Source of the DNA: Candidatus Marinacidobacterales bacterium
GTDB lineage: Bacteria > Acidobacteriota > Vicinamibacteria > Marinacidobacterales > DATDRI01
Direction of reading: 5' to 3'
Length of the DNA: 64,000 nucleotides
Assembly: GCA_965226495.1 (NCBI GenBank)
Contig: OZ245365.1
Coordinates: 2,400,001 to 2,464,000 of the forward strand
Both the position numbers and the translations under genes were made by a program. Position 1 is the first letter of the stretch, and each line of letters begins with the position of its first letter. The notes beneath the pieces are model-generated. The model saw only the letters and a program-made list of their open reading frames with translations, was not told the DNA's origin and did not search any database. Of the stretch, positions 50,361 through 60,526 are shown piece by piece.

Positions 50361-51617
50361 TTACCTCTCCCCCGACCGCGGGGGAGAGGTCGTCCGCCGA
50401 AGGCGGGCGGGTGAGGGGGCTAGTGCATAGCGGCGATGAAGTCCAGTATCGATTTCATTGTTACAATCCACTAGAGCCCGCGCCTCGCCTTGGCTCGAAA
50501 GCTCCGTGTAGACCAAGCCCAGCCGTTCGACGGTATCCCGAAGCGAGTAGTCTTGCTCCACCCGCAAGCGTGCCGCCTCACCCATCGCCCGGAGTCTGTC
50601 GCGATCGGGCAGCAAGCGTCGTAGGGCTTGAGCAAGGGCGTCGACGTCGCCCACCGGGAGGGCCACCGAAGCTGGCTCTAGGTCCGGTACGACTCCGACC
50701 CTCGTGCCGATAGTGGCGCGTCCGCAGGCGGCGGCCTCTTGCGTCACCCATTCCTGTCCTTCGTGAAGGGAGCTCATCACACAAAGATCGGCGGCCCGGT
50801 AGTAAGCAGGGAGATGGTGGTGGGGCACGGCGCCGTGAAAGTGCACCCTCGCCCGAATCCCTAGCGCGCTCGCGAGCCGCTCGAGAGTGTCTCGCAACGG
50901 GCCTTCCCCGACGAGGTGGAGCACCGCGTCCGGGATGCTCGGAGTGACTTTCTCAAAAGCCCGGAGCAATGACTCCTGACCTTTGACCGGCACCAGAGAG
51001 GCCACGTGAAGGAGCTTGATGCCACCTTCGAGGGGTGAAGGCTCACCCGCTTTCGAAGCCGGGTGGAAGCGTTCGAGATCGACACCAATGGGAAGCCACG
51101 TCGTTCTGGCCGCACAAGGCTTAGCCAGCCGAGCCAAATGACTCGAGCCCACGCTCACCAGGCTCGCCCGTTCGAGGGCGACTTTCGCCAGGCGTCGATT
51201 AATGCGGCTAAGCCCCCCTCCGTAGCCGATCTCGGGATAAGAGACGAGCTCACCACCGAGGAGGGTGACGAGGGATGGAACGCCAAGCCATCGACCGGCT
51301 TGCACCGCCACCCACCCGGGCTCGTCCGCCCAGAAGGCATGCAGAACGTCGAAGGGACGGCGTCGGTGCTCGCGGCCCAGTGTTGCGAGGGCACGCGCGA
51401 GGAGCGGGAACTTCCGAAGGCCTTCGACCCGAGCCCCGCCGAGGGCATGAACCTCGGCTCCAAAGACGGAGTAGCGTTTCCGTTCGTACGGATAGCGCAG
51501 GGAGACAACGCGGACCCGATGTCGCTCACCGAGACGACGGATCAGGCTCGCGAGCGCCGGAATGCACCAGTCCTCTTCGCTGGCGCTGAAACCGGGAAGG
51601 ACCACTCCTACGTTCAT
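50361..51617 (-). CDS. Glycosyltransferase family 4
   Basis: DVLHAFWADEPG, VASLVPVKGQ, SSLHEGQ..EAAACG; C-terminal tail runs into a REP-like element. Confidence 0.9.
   Translation of the reverse strand: MNVGVVLPGFSASEEDWCIPALASLIRRLGERHRVRVVSLRYPYERKRYSVFGAEVHALGGARVEGLRKFPLLARALATLGREHRRRPFDVLHAFWADEPGWVAVQAGRWLGVPSLVTLLGGELVSYPEIGYGGGLSRINRRLAKVALERASLVSVGSSHLARLAKPCAARTTWLPIGVDLERFHPASKAGEPSPLEGGIKLLHVASLVPVKGQESLLRAFEKVTPSIPDAVLHLVGEGPLRDTLERLASALGIRARVHFHGAVPHHHLPAYYRAADLCVMSSLHEGQEWVTQEAAACGRATIGTRVGVVPDLEPASVALPVGDVDALAQALRRLLPDRDRLRAMGEAARLRVEQDYSLRDTVERLGLVYTELSSQGEARALVDCNNEIDTGLHRRYALAPSPARLRRTTSPPRSGER
50363..50419. repeat. REP-like palindromic element
   Basis: ACCTCTCCCCCG-ACCG-CGGGGGAGAGGT, second hairpin, then GGGTGAGGGG. 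Confidence 0.6.
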
Positions 51618-51626
51618 CTCTGATTG

Positions 51627-53105
51627 TCAAAAACCGCTCGTCTCGGGGCGCCGGTAGGAGACGAGCTTGTGGAGGGCGCGAAGCTCGAGGGGATGATGGT
51701 AGAAGCGGAGGTGATAGCGCCAGGCGCTCACACTCCGCAACAGCCAGCGTTTCGGGCCGCCGAGATGCTTGTCGGTGGCGGTGGGGTAATAGGCATTGAG
51801 CACACTCTCGAAATTCCAGACCTTCCGACGAAGCGAGCTTCGAAGCCAAGGCATGCGGAGACTTCGCCGCCCTGAAAACTCTACCCACTTCGGAGAGACC
51901 CACTCCTCTAACGTCTTTGGAAAGCCGAATCCCTGCTCTCGTGCCTCGTCGTACAACTCCCCGGAAAGGGGCACCGGAGTGTAGAGGTAGAGGACGATCT
52001 CTGCCCGGGGATTTACTTTCTTGAGACGAAGGATGAACTGCATCGTCTGCTCGGCATCCGCCTCGGGCTCGGGTGGATTGCCCAACATGAAGGAGAACTC
52101 GGGAACGATGTCGAGCTCGGCCATCTTTTGCGCAATCTCGAGGGTTTTCTCCGCGCTAGCGCTTCCACCCTTGTTCATGCGACGAAGCACTTCGTCCGAG
52201 CCCGACTCGGCTCCCAGAAAAACCATGCGCAGCCCGCTTTCGCGCATCAGACGCCACGAGCGTCCGGAGTAACGGAGCAAGGTATCGATGCGTGCCTCTC
52301 CCCACCAACCGATACCCAGGTCCAAGATCCGCTCGGCGAATTCCGCCGTTCGCGCCTCGTCCACGAAGAAGTTGTTGTCGTAGAACTCCACCGCATCCGC
52401 ACCAAGCTCTCGGACGAGTCTTCGAGTGACCCTAGCGGTTCGTTCCGCCGATTGCGCGAGCCAACGTCCCTCCACCATGTTGACGACGGCGCAGAAGTTG
52501 CACGTAAAGGGGCAGCCGTAGCTCGAGTGGTGGGGTAGCGTACGTTGGCCCATGAAGGTAGGCCGGATGTAGCGCTCCATCGGAACCCGATGATAGGGAA
52601 AGTCGGGGAGCTCTTCGGGAGAGGGGACTTCCGGAAGGGGACTCACGTGGAGACTCCCATCCGTTTCGACAAAGGCCAGTCCGGGAATTTTGGGGAGACG
52701 TTCTTCATCCCCCTCGTCCAAGGCCTCGAGCAACTGGGGGAAAGCAAGCTCCGCGTGTCCACGAACAACGTAGTCGACGACGGAAGAGCGCAAACAGACC
52801 TCGTAGTGCTGAGTTGGAAAATAGCCGCCCCAGACGATCACCAAGTGCGGGTGCTCCTTCTTGAGCGCCCTGGCTAGAGGGAAGGCTCGAGTCAGTTGCG
52901 GCCCCGGCATGACGGTCATAGCCAAAACGGTACGTTCCTCTTTACGAATGAGCTCATCGAGGACCCTGAATGGATCGGACTCCAAGTTGCCATCCACGAC
53001 ACGATATTCGCGCGTGCCCTCGAGCACCGCGCCGAGGGCGAGAAGCGACATGGGAACAACGGGTTTCTTCGTCGCGCTACTCGGCGGGTTGTAAAGAAGC
53101 AACAT
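51627..53105 (-). CDS. Cobalamin-binding radical SAM protein
   Basis: N-terminal B12-binding fold (WGGYFPT, VVRG), CPFTCNFC, GAESGS. Confidence 0.93.
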   Translation of the reverse strand: MLLLYNPPSSATKKPVVPMSLLALGAVLEGTREYRVVDGNLESDPFRVLDELIRKEERTVLAMTVMPGPQLTRAFPLARALKKEHPHLVIVWGGYFPTQHYEVCLRSSVVDYVVRGHAELAFPQLLEALDEGDEERLPKIPGLAFVETDGSLHVSPLPEVPSPEELPDFPYHRVPMERYIRPTFMGQRTLPHHSSYGCPFTCNFCAVVNMVEGRWLAQSAERTARVTRRLVRELGADAVEFYDNNFFVDEARTAEFAERILDLGIGWWGEARIDTLLRYSGRSWRLMRESGLRMVFLGAESGSDEVLRRMNKGGSASAEKTLEIAQKMAELDIVPEFSFMLGNPPEPEADAEQTMQFILRLKKVNPRAEIVLYLYTPVPLSGELYDEAREQGFGFPKTLEEWVSPKWVEFSGRRSLRMPWLRSSLRRKVWNFESVLNAYYPTATDKHLGGPKRWLLRSVSAWRYHLRFYHHPLELRALHKLVSYRRPETSGF

Positions 53106-53109
53106 GTTC

Positions 53110-54471
53110 TCAGCTCACGCTCTCGGCGGCCAAGCTCTCTCCGCCGAGGGGATTCGGCGAGTGCCATGCCGCTCGACAGCGCTTGAAGATGACGAACCCG
53201 GGAATGAGCGTCAGAACGACGAGAGCAAGAAAACCGCCGGTCATGCCCAGAGCGCCGTAGTGTCTTCCCAGAAGGCTCAAGAAAACAACCGCCGTCCCGG
53301 CCTCAATGACGGACAGAATCAAGAAGGGCTCTTTCTTGTGAGCCCGCAAGTAGCTTCCGAAGGCAAAGCGCAGTTGCTGCAGGATGACGGCCAACAGAAG
53401 GAGGCCGGTCTCGAGTGGCGGCAAGAAGCGAAAAGCCAGAGGAATTCCGAAAAAACGCCCGGCATAGAGTGCCATCCAATAACCGCCGGCGCCCAGAGTG
53501 ACAACCAGAAGGGAGATGAGCGTGGCGCGCCAGAAAACGTCGTCCAGAGTTCGGTAGTGGCGTCGCGCGGCGGCCATCGCGAAGGTCGGCACCTTCGTCG
53601 CCACCACCGCAAAGGCGACCGAAGAGATGCCGGCGGCGACGGAGAGGGTCATTCCCATCTGGCCGGCCACACTCGGGCCATGAAAGGCAAACAGGACCGG
53701 TGTAAAGAGGGAGAAAACGAAATAGCCGCCCAACCAGCTTACGGCGAACTTCCATTGGAGTGGCCACACCTCTTGCTTCCACGAGATGGCTGTCTCTTGA
53801 GCCTCCCCCCATTCGCGCCAGAGCTTCCGAAAGAATCCGAGCTCCTCGCGGGTGAGTCCCCAAACTCCCATGAGAACCGTGGCGACTCTCGCAATGGGGA
53901 CGGCCCAGAGACCACCACCCGCCAAAATAGCGAGCCAGCTCGCCCATCGGCTTACAACGGCTTGGCCCAATCGAAGGCGATACACTTCGTGGACTCGATT
54001 GATGCCCTCCAGAATGCTGAGAAGGGGGGTCAGCAAAACGCTCGCTCCCGTGGCCAGACAGGCCGCCCACCAAACGAGCTGCCAACGCATAGGGGATGCG
54101 CTCCCGGCGGAAAAGGTCTCGAAGTACAGACTTCCGCCGATGCCGAGCGCGAGGAAGAGGATGACGGCAACGGCCCGGTACCAACGAAGGGCGAGGCGGG
54201 AAAGACTCGCGAGACGGGCTTCGGCCCGCCGCCGTACGTCGGGCGAGCCTTCCGAATCGATGCGAGCCCACTCGTGGCTCGCGAACTGTTGGACCACGCT
54301 GCCGAAGCCGAGCTCGACAAGCGTTTCCAAGGTGAGCAAGCTCGCGAAGGTGTAATAGTAGCCTTGAAGCTCCGGAGAAAAGAAACCTCCCACCAAAAAA
54401 ATTGTGACGAGCCCCGCGGCGCTCCCCCACACTCGATTCGCCATGGCATAGAGAGTGGCTTTCCCGAACAT
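53110..54471 (-). CDS. Wzx-like polysaccharide flippase
   Basis: Many TM helices; LQGYYYTF, ELGF, WPLQWKFAVSW, YLRAHKKEP. Confidence 0.8.
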   Translation of the reverse strand: MFGKATLYAMANRVWGSAAGLVTIFLVGGFFSPELQGYYYTFASLLTLETLVELGFGSVVQQFASHEWARIDSEGSPDVRRRAEARLASLSRLALRWYRAVAVILFLALGIGGSLYFETFSAGSASPMRWQLVWWAACLATGASVLLTPLLSILEGINRVHEVYRLRLGQAVVSRWASWLAILAGGGLWAVPIARVATVLMGVWGLTREELGFFRKLWREWGEAQETAISWKQEVWPLQWKFAVSWLGGYFVFSLFTPVLFAFHGPSVAGQMGMTLSVAAGISSVAFAVVATKVPTFAMAAARRHYRTLDDVFWRATLISLLVVTLGAGGYWMALYAGRFFGIPLAFRFLPPLETGLLLLAVILQQLRFAFGSYLRAHKKEPFLILSVIEAGTAVVFLSLLGRHYGALGMTGGFLALVVLTLIPGFVIFKRCRAAWHSPNPLGGESLAAESVS

Positions 54472-55538
54472 CAGTTACCTTCGGAGTCGGGGCGGAGGAG
54501 AGAGAATGCCATCTCTGCCACGGGTCTCGGTTCGTAGCGAGTCAAGCAGTGCACGTCTCCGTAACGGCAAGTCGCTTCCATGCAAGAGCCACACGAGAGA
54601 TCGCCGGAATGAAGGCAGAGGGTGCGCTCGCCGAGGGGCCGCGACCAGTCACCGCGGCTCGAGCCGAACAAAGCCAACGTCGGCACTCCCGACACCCAGG
54701 CCATGTGCATAAGGCCGGAGTCCTCCGAGAGTACCAGGTCGGCCTTCTGCACGATGGAGAAGGCTTCGTCGGGCGTCGTTCGTGCTACCAGGTTGAGAGC
54801 TCGCCCGGCGAGCGCGCCCTCGATGAAGGAGGCCTTCGCTTTCATGGTGTCGAGACCGAGAAGTAGAAACTGTGTGGGAGTGGAGTCGAGAGACTCCCAC
54901 GCCCGAGCAAAGTCCACCCAGCTCTGAAGCGGCCAGTTTCTGGTGGCAAAGGCCCCCGCCGGATTCAGCACCACCAGGCGGTGGTCTTCGCGCCAACCCG
55001 CTTCCTCAAGCACTCTCAGCGCCGCTTCTGCCCCGCGGGTGGGCAGATCCGTATTCAGTCGAACCGGACCGAGTCCCGCGGCTTCGATGGTGTGTCGGGT
55101 CCGCTCGCCGGCCGATCGCGGGCTCGTCTTGTCGAAGCGGCTCCAAGCGTGAGGGCGCAGGCATCTCGTGACAAACCGACTGATCTCGTTGTTCTGGAGA
55201 TCGAGTACGACATCGTAGCGCGACCGAAGCAACTGCGGAAGCAGGCGGGCGCTCGCAAACCATTGTCTTTTGAAATTCCTCCCTCCGCCGATGGTACGAA
55301 CCCGTTCGAAAAGCTCCAGGTTTTTCGGGATGGCTCCCGTCTCTTCTCGCGTGAGCAGATCGATGGCCGTCTGCGGATAAAGACGCTTGAGATCGTTGAG
55401 ATAAGGGAGTGTGATAGTCACGTCCCCCAAGGCCTGGAGGCGGATGGCCAAGATGTGGCGAGGCGGCTGCGAGGCCGTCCAGGCCCGGGCGGGGATGCTC
55501 GCATCTTCTATTAGCGGCATCAGCGCCTTGGGCGACAT
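54471..55538 (-). CDS. Glycosyltransferase family 9 (heptosyltransferase-like)
   Basis: IRLQALGD, YDVVLDLQ, NPAG..RNWP, EDSGLMHMA, LALFG. Confidence 0.9.
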   Translation of the reverse strand: MSPKALMPLIEDASIPARAWTASQPPRHILAIRLQALGDVTITLPYLNDLKRLYPQTAIDLLTREETGAIPKNLELFERVRTIGGGRNFKRQWFASARLLPQLLRSRYDVVLDLQNNEISRFVTRCLRPHAWSRFDKTSPRSAGERTRHTIEAAGLGPVRLNTDLPTRGAEAALRVLEEAGWREDHRLVVLNPAGAFATRNWPLQSWVDFARAWESLDSTPTQFLLLGLDTMKAKASFIEGALAGRALNLVARTTPDEAFSIVQKADLVLSEDSGLMHMAWVSGVPTLALFGSSRGDWSRPLGERTLCLHSGDLSCGSCMEATCRYGDVHCLTRYEPRPVAEMAFSLLRPDSEGN

Positions 55539-56365
55539 CAGCGCCGCCTCATCTGCAGCATGTAGTGGTCGCCGAAGTAGCGAAAGGGCCAGACGTCGCT
55601 AATCATTCGCTCCGCCCGTCCGAGTGAACGGAGGAGACGTCTTCCGTACCGCCTCGACTCGATGGCCCTGGACCAAAGGGAAGACGACCACAGGGAAGAC
55701 GGTAGCACCAACCCCAAAGCGCTCACGCGCTCCAGCCGGAAGAAAGGGGCGAACACTTTCATGAGCTCGGACGGCCAGGGGTAGGTGACACGAACCCGCT
55801 CGTCCCCCACGCGGGCCAACGTGCCATCTTTACTTAGACGCCGAACCGCCCGCTTTGGCTCGCCACGAAGCAGATGGTAACTGAGATCCCAGAGGCAAGC
55901 CGGTCCCATGACGACAAGGAGCACCGGGGCATCGGGGCGCATCCAGCGTCCGAGCGCGTCGGCGAGGGGCTCGAGGTCACGGACGCAGTTGAGACCGCCG
56001 AAGTTGGAGAAAGCGCCATCGAAGCTCGCTGGATGAAAAGGCCCCTCCGGCGCTTCGAGGTTGAGCTCGGCAAAACGAATCTCCGCCGCCTCCGCGCCAA
56101 GCTGTGCGCTCGCTTTGTCCTCGGCCCTTTGGAGCATGCGCGGGGATCCGTCGGTGGCGGTGACAAGAACACCTTGGGCTGCCAGCCAACAGGCGTCTTC
56201 GCCGGTTCCACAGTTGAGCTCGAGGACGTGGCTGCCACCGGTGAACAGAAGGGAAAGCCGCTCCCATACGAGCCCGCGGAGCTCGCGGCCGAGACTGGTG
56301 TTGGTGAAGGTCTGGTCGTAGCTCGCCGCCATTTTGTCGAACGCGGAGGTTCCCGTCGCGATCAA
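55538..56365 (-). CDS. Class I SAM-dependent methyltransferase
   Basis: VLELNCGTGEDA, FDGAFSNFGGLNC; TTG start overlapping the upstream TGA. Confidence 0.9.
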   Translation of the reverse strand: MIATGTSAFDKMAASYDQTFTNTSLGRELRGLVWERLSLLFTGGSHVLELNCGTGEDACWLAAQGVLVTATDGSPRMLQRAEDKASAQLGAEAAEIRFAELNLEAPEGPFHPASFDGAFSNFGGLNCVRDLEPLADALGRWMRPDAPVLLVVMGPACLWDLSYHLLRGEPKRAVRRLSKDGTLARVGDERVRVTYPWPSELMKVFAPFFRLERVSALGLVLPSSLWSSSLWSRAIESRRYGRRLLRSLGRAERMISDVWPFRYFGDHYMLQMRRR

Positions 56366-57765
56366 GTCTCCATCTCCCTTCGAGTAAGAGCCATGCCCAG
56401 TCGCCCTCGCGCCCAGTTGCCGCCGCTCTTCATCAATCGGGCCAGACCTGTCAGGTTCTTGGAAGGAGATTGAAGCTCCTTGTGGAAACGGGCCTCGTTC
56501 ACCATCCACCGCATGGCGGACTCGTAGTAACGGCGGGAGTGTCTTCCAGCGATGGTGAGGTCCCGGTCGGTGCGCGACTCCCAGTCCGTCCTCGCGAGGA
56601 GCCGATCGCTCACTTTGTCGTAGTAACCCGTTCCTTTAATAGGATAGGCGACGGTGGTGAGGACGATGTCGGGGCTGGCTTCCTTGAGGTGCTCCACGGT
56701 CGCCTTCAGGTCCTCCTCGGTTTCGCCTTCGTAGCCCACCATCAGGAACATCCCGACTTCGATACCGTGACGCTGGCAAAGTCGTGTCACGGCCCGCACT
56801 TGCTCGGCCCGCACGCCGCGCCCCATGGCATCGAGGATACGTTGGCTCCCCGACTCGGAGCCGATCCAGATGCGGAAGCAGCCCATCCGGGTCAAGGTCT
56901 CGACCAGCTCTTCGTTCAACCGGTCCGCCCTCGAGATGCACTCGAAAGGCAAACGGATTTCCCGCTTCGAGAGCTCCCGAGCGAAAGCGACGGTCCAAGA
57001 GGGTTTGATTGTGAAGACGTCGGCGGCGTACCAGAGCTGGTCGGGACGATAGCGTTCTTGGATGAGCTCTACTTCATCGGCGACGCCCTCGGGTGAACGG
57101 CGTCGATGCGTCTTCCCGTAGACGGAGTGGCTGCACCAATCGCAGTGATACGGACAGCCACGCGCACAGATGAGGGAGACCGACCCGTATCCGTGGTGGC
57201 GACGCCAGGCGTCGAGGTAAGCCTCGAGGTCGATGGCGTCTCGGTCGGGCATGGGGAGGCTGTCCAAATCCGCGATCATCGGCCGTGGTGGCGTACGCTC
57301 CACCCGTCCTTCCTCGTTTCGGAAGACAATGGACCGGACGTGGGAGAGTCGATGGGGAGAGCCGGTCGAGAGCTCCCGAACGAGCTCCTCCATCGTTTCC
57401 TCGCCTTCCCCAACGACGATGACATCGGCACCGTGAGAAAGGTATTCCTCGGCATAGAAGGGCGGCTCCGGTCCACCCAGAACGACCCGGGCCCCCGCGC
57501 CCTTTGCCGCCTGCACCATCGAAAGGACGCGGAGTTTCGTCATGAGGTTGCAGTAGAGGCCCACGACGGAGGGACGCTCTTGCTCGAGCTGGTCGGAGAA
57601 CTCCTCGGGTCTTCGGAACGTCGAGTCGAAGACGGAGACGGAGAAGCCGCGGCGCTTCAAGTAGGCCGAAAGGTAGAGGATGCCAAGGGGAGGATGGGGC
57701 TTCATGATCTTCCGCTCGTGGGCGTCCTCCTCGAGGTAGTACCCGTGAGCCAGGAGCACATCCAT
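56362..57765 (-). CDS. Cobalamin-binding radical SAM protein
   Basis: PPLGILYL, VLGGP, GEGE, RGCPYHCDWC, GSESGS. Confidence 0.93.
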   Translation of the reverse strand: MDVLLAHGYYLEEDAHERKIMKPHPPLGILYLSAYLKRRGFSVSVFDSTFRRPEEFSDQLEQERPSVVGLYCNLMTKLRVLSMVQAAKGAGARVVLGGPEPPFYAEEYLSHGADVIVVGEGEETMEELVRELSTGSPHRLSHVRSIVFRNEEGRVERTPPRPMIADLDSLPMPDRDAIDLEAYLDAWRRHHGYGSVSLICARGCPYHCDWCSHSVYGKTHRRRSPEGVADEVELIQERYRPDQLWYAADVFTIKPSWTVAFARELSKREIRLPFECISRADRLNEELVETLTRMGCFRIWIGSESGSQRILDAMGRGVRAEQVRAVTRLCQRHGIEVGMFLMVGYEGETEEDLKATVEHLKEASPDIVLTTVAYPIKGTGYYDKVSDRLLARTDWESRTDRDLTIAGRHSRRYYESAMRWMVNEARFHKELQSPSKNLTGLARLMKSGGNWARGRLGMALTRREMET

Positions 57766-57770
57766 ACCGA

Positions 57771-58820
57771 CTATCTCCCGACGATGGGCCCGGGCTCCGG
57801 CCAGAGGCGGCCCAGAACGAGGGCTCGCGGAGGTTTCCACATGGGGCAGACGCAGGTCCGGCACTCTCGCCTCTCTCCGGTTCGGATTTCGCGTCTCAAG
57901 CTGACGAATTCACGGCTGTTCAGAGCAGAAGAGATCGAAGCGCCCTTTGCACCGGCGACCCCCGGTATGAAGTGACACGGCTGGAGCTCACCATTGGCGC
58001 GCACGACGGCGGAAAAACGGGGGGCGTTGCAGCGCACCGGCGGGAAGCTCCCTACGCCGCAAAGAGCGGAGAAGTACTGATGTAGGTGCCATAGTTTCTC
58101 GGCGCTTTCGGCAATGAAACCGCTTTCCAGCTCATCCGCGAAGTCCGTCTCGAAGTTGGTGAGGATCTTCGAGAATTGCGGGAGGTCTTCGGGACGGAGA
58201 GCCCCTCGCCAAGGCTCGCCGCTGGGCTCACGGGAGAAAGCGAGCTCGCTCGCCACGTCTACGCCCAAAAAAGAGATCTCCTTCACCTCGAGCTCCTTGG
58301 CAAGGCGCACCATGGCCGGCATCTCGTGGTAGTTCTGCCTCTGAATGGTGGAGCGAATGGAGACCCAGACACCCCGTTTCAACAACGCCCGGATGCCCGT
58401 CAGAACCTCGTGGAATGCGTTGACACCCCGAATCGCCTGGTAGGTGTCAGGCTCGGCGCCATCCAGAGACACCGTAACCCGATCGCAGAGATCGGCCACC
58501 GCGGCGACATGGTTTTTCAAAGAAAGCCCTGCCGTCAGAAGCCAAACCCTGAGCCCGACCTCTCGGAACGCGCTGGCCACATCTTGCCACCGAGAGTGAA
58601 ACAAGACCTCGCCCCCCGTCAGCAGTACCGCCTCGGTTCCCGCGTCTCGAAGCTCCTTCGCCATGGAGTGCGCCCGCTCCACATCCAGCTCCGAAGTTCC
58701 GTGCTTCCAGAAGTCGCAGGTGATACAGCGAGAGTTGCAGCGCTCCGTGACGTAGACGATGGCGAGAGGGAGTCGATGGATCCCGTCGCCGAAGAAGTTG
58801 AGAGCCGTGGCCAGTCTCAC
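57771..58820 (-). CDS. Radical SAM protein with SPASM/twitch-type C-terminal cysteines
   Basis: CNSRCITC, TGGE, SLDG, CNAP..PCHF..CRTCVC. Confidence 0.9.
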   Translation of the reverse strand: MRLATALNFFGDGIHRLPLAIVYVTERCNSRCITCDFWKHGTSELDVERAHSMAKELRDAGTEAVLLTGGEVLFHSRWQDVASAFREVGLRVWLLTAGLSLKNHVAAVADLCDRVTVSLDGAEPDTYQAIRGVNAFHEVLTGIRALLKRGVWVSIRSTIQRQNYHEMPAMVRLAKELEVKEISFLGVDVASELAFSREPSGEPWRGALRPEDLPQFSKILTNFETDFADELESGFIAESAEKLWHLHQYFSALCGVGSFPPVRCNAPRFSAVVRANGELQPCHFIPGVAGAKGASISSALNSREFVSLRREIRTGERRECRTCVCPMWKPPRALVLGRLWPEPGPIVGR

Positions 58821-60526
58821 GACGTAGCCTCAACGTGAATGAGGGCGGCAGAGCTGCCCAGCAGGATCCAGAAAGCCAGATAGATAGATGTAGATTCTAG
58901 AAGGTAGTCGAACACCCCGTGAATCAAGAAACCCGCTAGCGAGCACGACACGACCAGGGCGACAAGAGCGACAGAATTGACAGGGGACTCCGCGCTCGAA
59001 ACCACCACGCGACGAAGCCCCCAAAGCGCGCTCGCTACCAACGAGAAAAAAATCACCGCCCCCACGAGGCCTGTCGTTGCCAAAGTTTCCAGATAAAGGC
59101 TGTTCGAAAACGTCCGTGTATCCCAAGTGCTTCTCCCCGCTGCGGGTCCGTAGGACCAACGGAAGTTGTCCGGTCCGATACCGAGGATGGGGTTGTCTTT
59201 GAAAAGGGTGAGGGCAAGACCCCAGAGCTCCCATCGGCCGGGTCGCCAGGCTTCTCGAGCGAGACGATCTCTCACATCCTCGGGACGGGGCAGCTCGGAA
59301 AAGCCGTCTTCTTCACCGACGAGTACCCTCACCGGGCTGCCGAGCCCCGCTTTGTCCGAGAACCAGAGCTTGTCGGCGTGCACCATGTCCCAGATCAAAA
59401 TGTATCGCCCCCGCCCGGCCGATACGCTCACCGAGGCGCGCACAACGACCGTCTCATCTGGTGCGACGGCTCTCGGGAGCGGCGTCCTCTCGCCTTCGAT
59501 GGGTAGCGGATCGAGAGAGCCGTCCTCCTTGGCGACGAACCAGCGGTAGGAAAGGTAAACGGGCTCGTCCCCTTCGGATCCCCAGGTGGTCTTCCCCGTG
59601 TTTCGAACGCCGACCATCGTGGTCGCGAGTCCGCCGGGCTCCAGTTCGAGCTCCTGCTCGACGGGTTGGAGCGACGCGCGGTACCAACCTCCGTCTCCTT
59701 CGCTCGCTGCGCGCCAGCGAAAGGTGGGCACATCGAAGGTCACGATCAGGGCAAGTAGGAGGAACGCGATTTCGAAGCGGCCGATGCGTCCCGTTGCTGG
59801 GTGTCCCCGTCGCCAAAGCCAGAGCCATAACAGCGCCGTCGCTCCCAACGCGCCCAGGAGGGCTCCCCGCGAGTAGGTGAACAGTATCGCCGTGAACATG
59901 ATGAGAGCGGTCGCCGAGGCGAGGGCGATCGAACGACGGGAGGCATTGTCTCTTGCCACGAAGAACAGTGCCGCGGGAAGGGTGAGCACGAGAAAGCCGG
60001 CAGCGGTGTTGGGGTAGGGGAAGGTCGCGGCAATGCGAGCCGTTCCTCCCACTTCGAAGTTGTGCTCCCGGAAGGGAGCGAGGAGCGCCTCTATGCTCGG
60101 CAAGGAGACGACCTCCAGCAGGCCCACCGATGCGGTGAAGAGTCCCGCCGCAGCGAAACTGCCGAGGAGAAGTGAAGCCGCGCTCATTCTAGTCGAGCGC
60201 ACAAGGGCCCAGGCGGTGAGGGCAAAGGCGGCGACGCCGGCAGCGACCCGAAGAGTGGCCTTTAAGGGGAGGGAACGCGGTGGCTCGGCCCAGTAGGTCG
60301 ACAGAAGACAGGCGACCAAAAAGGCGACGGCAAACCCCATTAGGGGCATGGCGATTTTCAGACCGCCGGCTCGCGGGAAAAGAAGCAGACCTGCGGTAAC
60401 CGCGAAGAGGATTGCCGCCGAAAACTCGAGGAAGCTGAGCTCGAAGCCCAGGATCGCGAAGAGTGGACTCATCGGCTCAAAGGGCAGAAGGAGGACGAGC
60501 AAACAGATCGAGGTGAGCGCTGCCAT
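58817..60526 (-). CDS. O-antigen ligase/Wzy_C family membrane protein with inserted Ig-like domain
   Basis: ATFPYPN, TYSRG, GIGPDNF, HGVFDY; soluble insert VRNTG..W..LSYRW..WDMV..WF. Confidence 0.85.
   Translation of the reverse strand: MAALTSICLLVLLLPFEPMSPLFAILGFELSFLEFSAAILFAVTAGLLLFPRAGGLKIAMPLMGFAVAFLVACLLSTYWAEPPRSLPLKATLRVAAGVAAFALTAWALVRSTRMSAASLLLGSFAAAGLFTASVGLLEVVSLPSIEALLAPFREHNFEVGGTARIAATFPYPNTAAGFLVLTLPAALFFVARDNASRRSIALASATALIMFTAILFTYSRGALLGALGATALLWLWLWRRGHPATGRIGRFEIAFLLLALIVTFDVPTFRWRAASEGDGGWYRASLQPVEQELELEPGGLATTMVGVRNTGKTTWGSEGDEPVYLSYRWFVAKEDGSLDPLPIEGERTPLPRAVAPDETVVVRASVSVSAGRGRYILIWDMVHADKLWFSDKAGLGSPVRVLVGEEDGFSELPRPEDVRDRLAREAWRPGRWELWGLALTLFKDNPILGIGPDNFRWSYGPAAGRSTWDTRTFSNSLYLETLATTGLVGAVIFFSLVASALWGLRRVVVSSAESPVNSVALVALVVSCSLAGFLIHGVFDYLLESTSIYLAFWILLGSSAALIHVEATS

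Noticed and set aside
40078-51915. 63-bp repeat pair as a DGR template/variable region
   Set aside because: Mismatches are not confined to adenines of one copy, half are synonymous, and no reverse transcriptase is present
53104-54537. 477-aa plus-strand ORF (and 53303-54430 minus alternative frame)
   Set aside because: Shadow frames of the Wzx flippase in GC-rich DNA
57771-58820. Anaerobic sulfatase maturase or RiPP maturase
   Set aside because: Short Cys-poor C-terminus, embedded in the glycan operon, and no precursor peptide seen nearby
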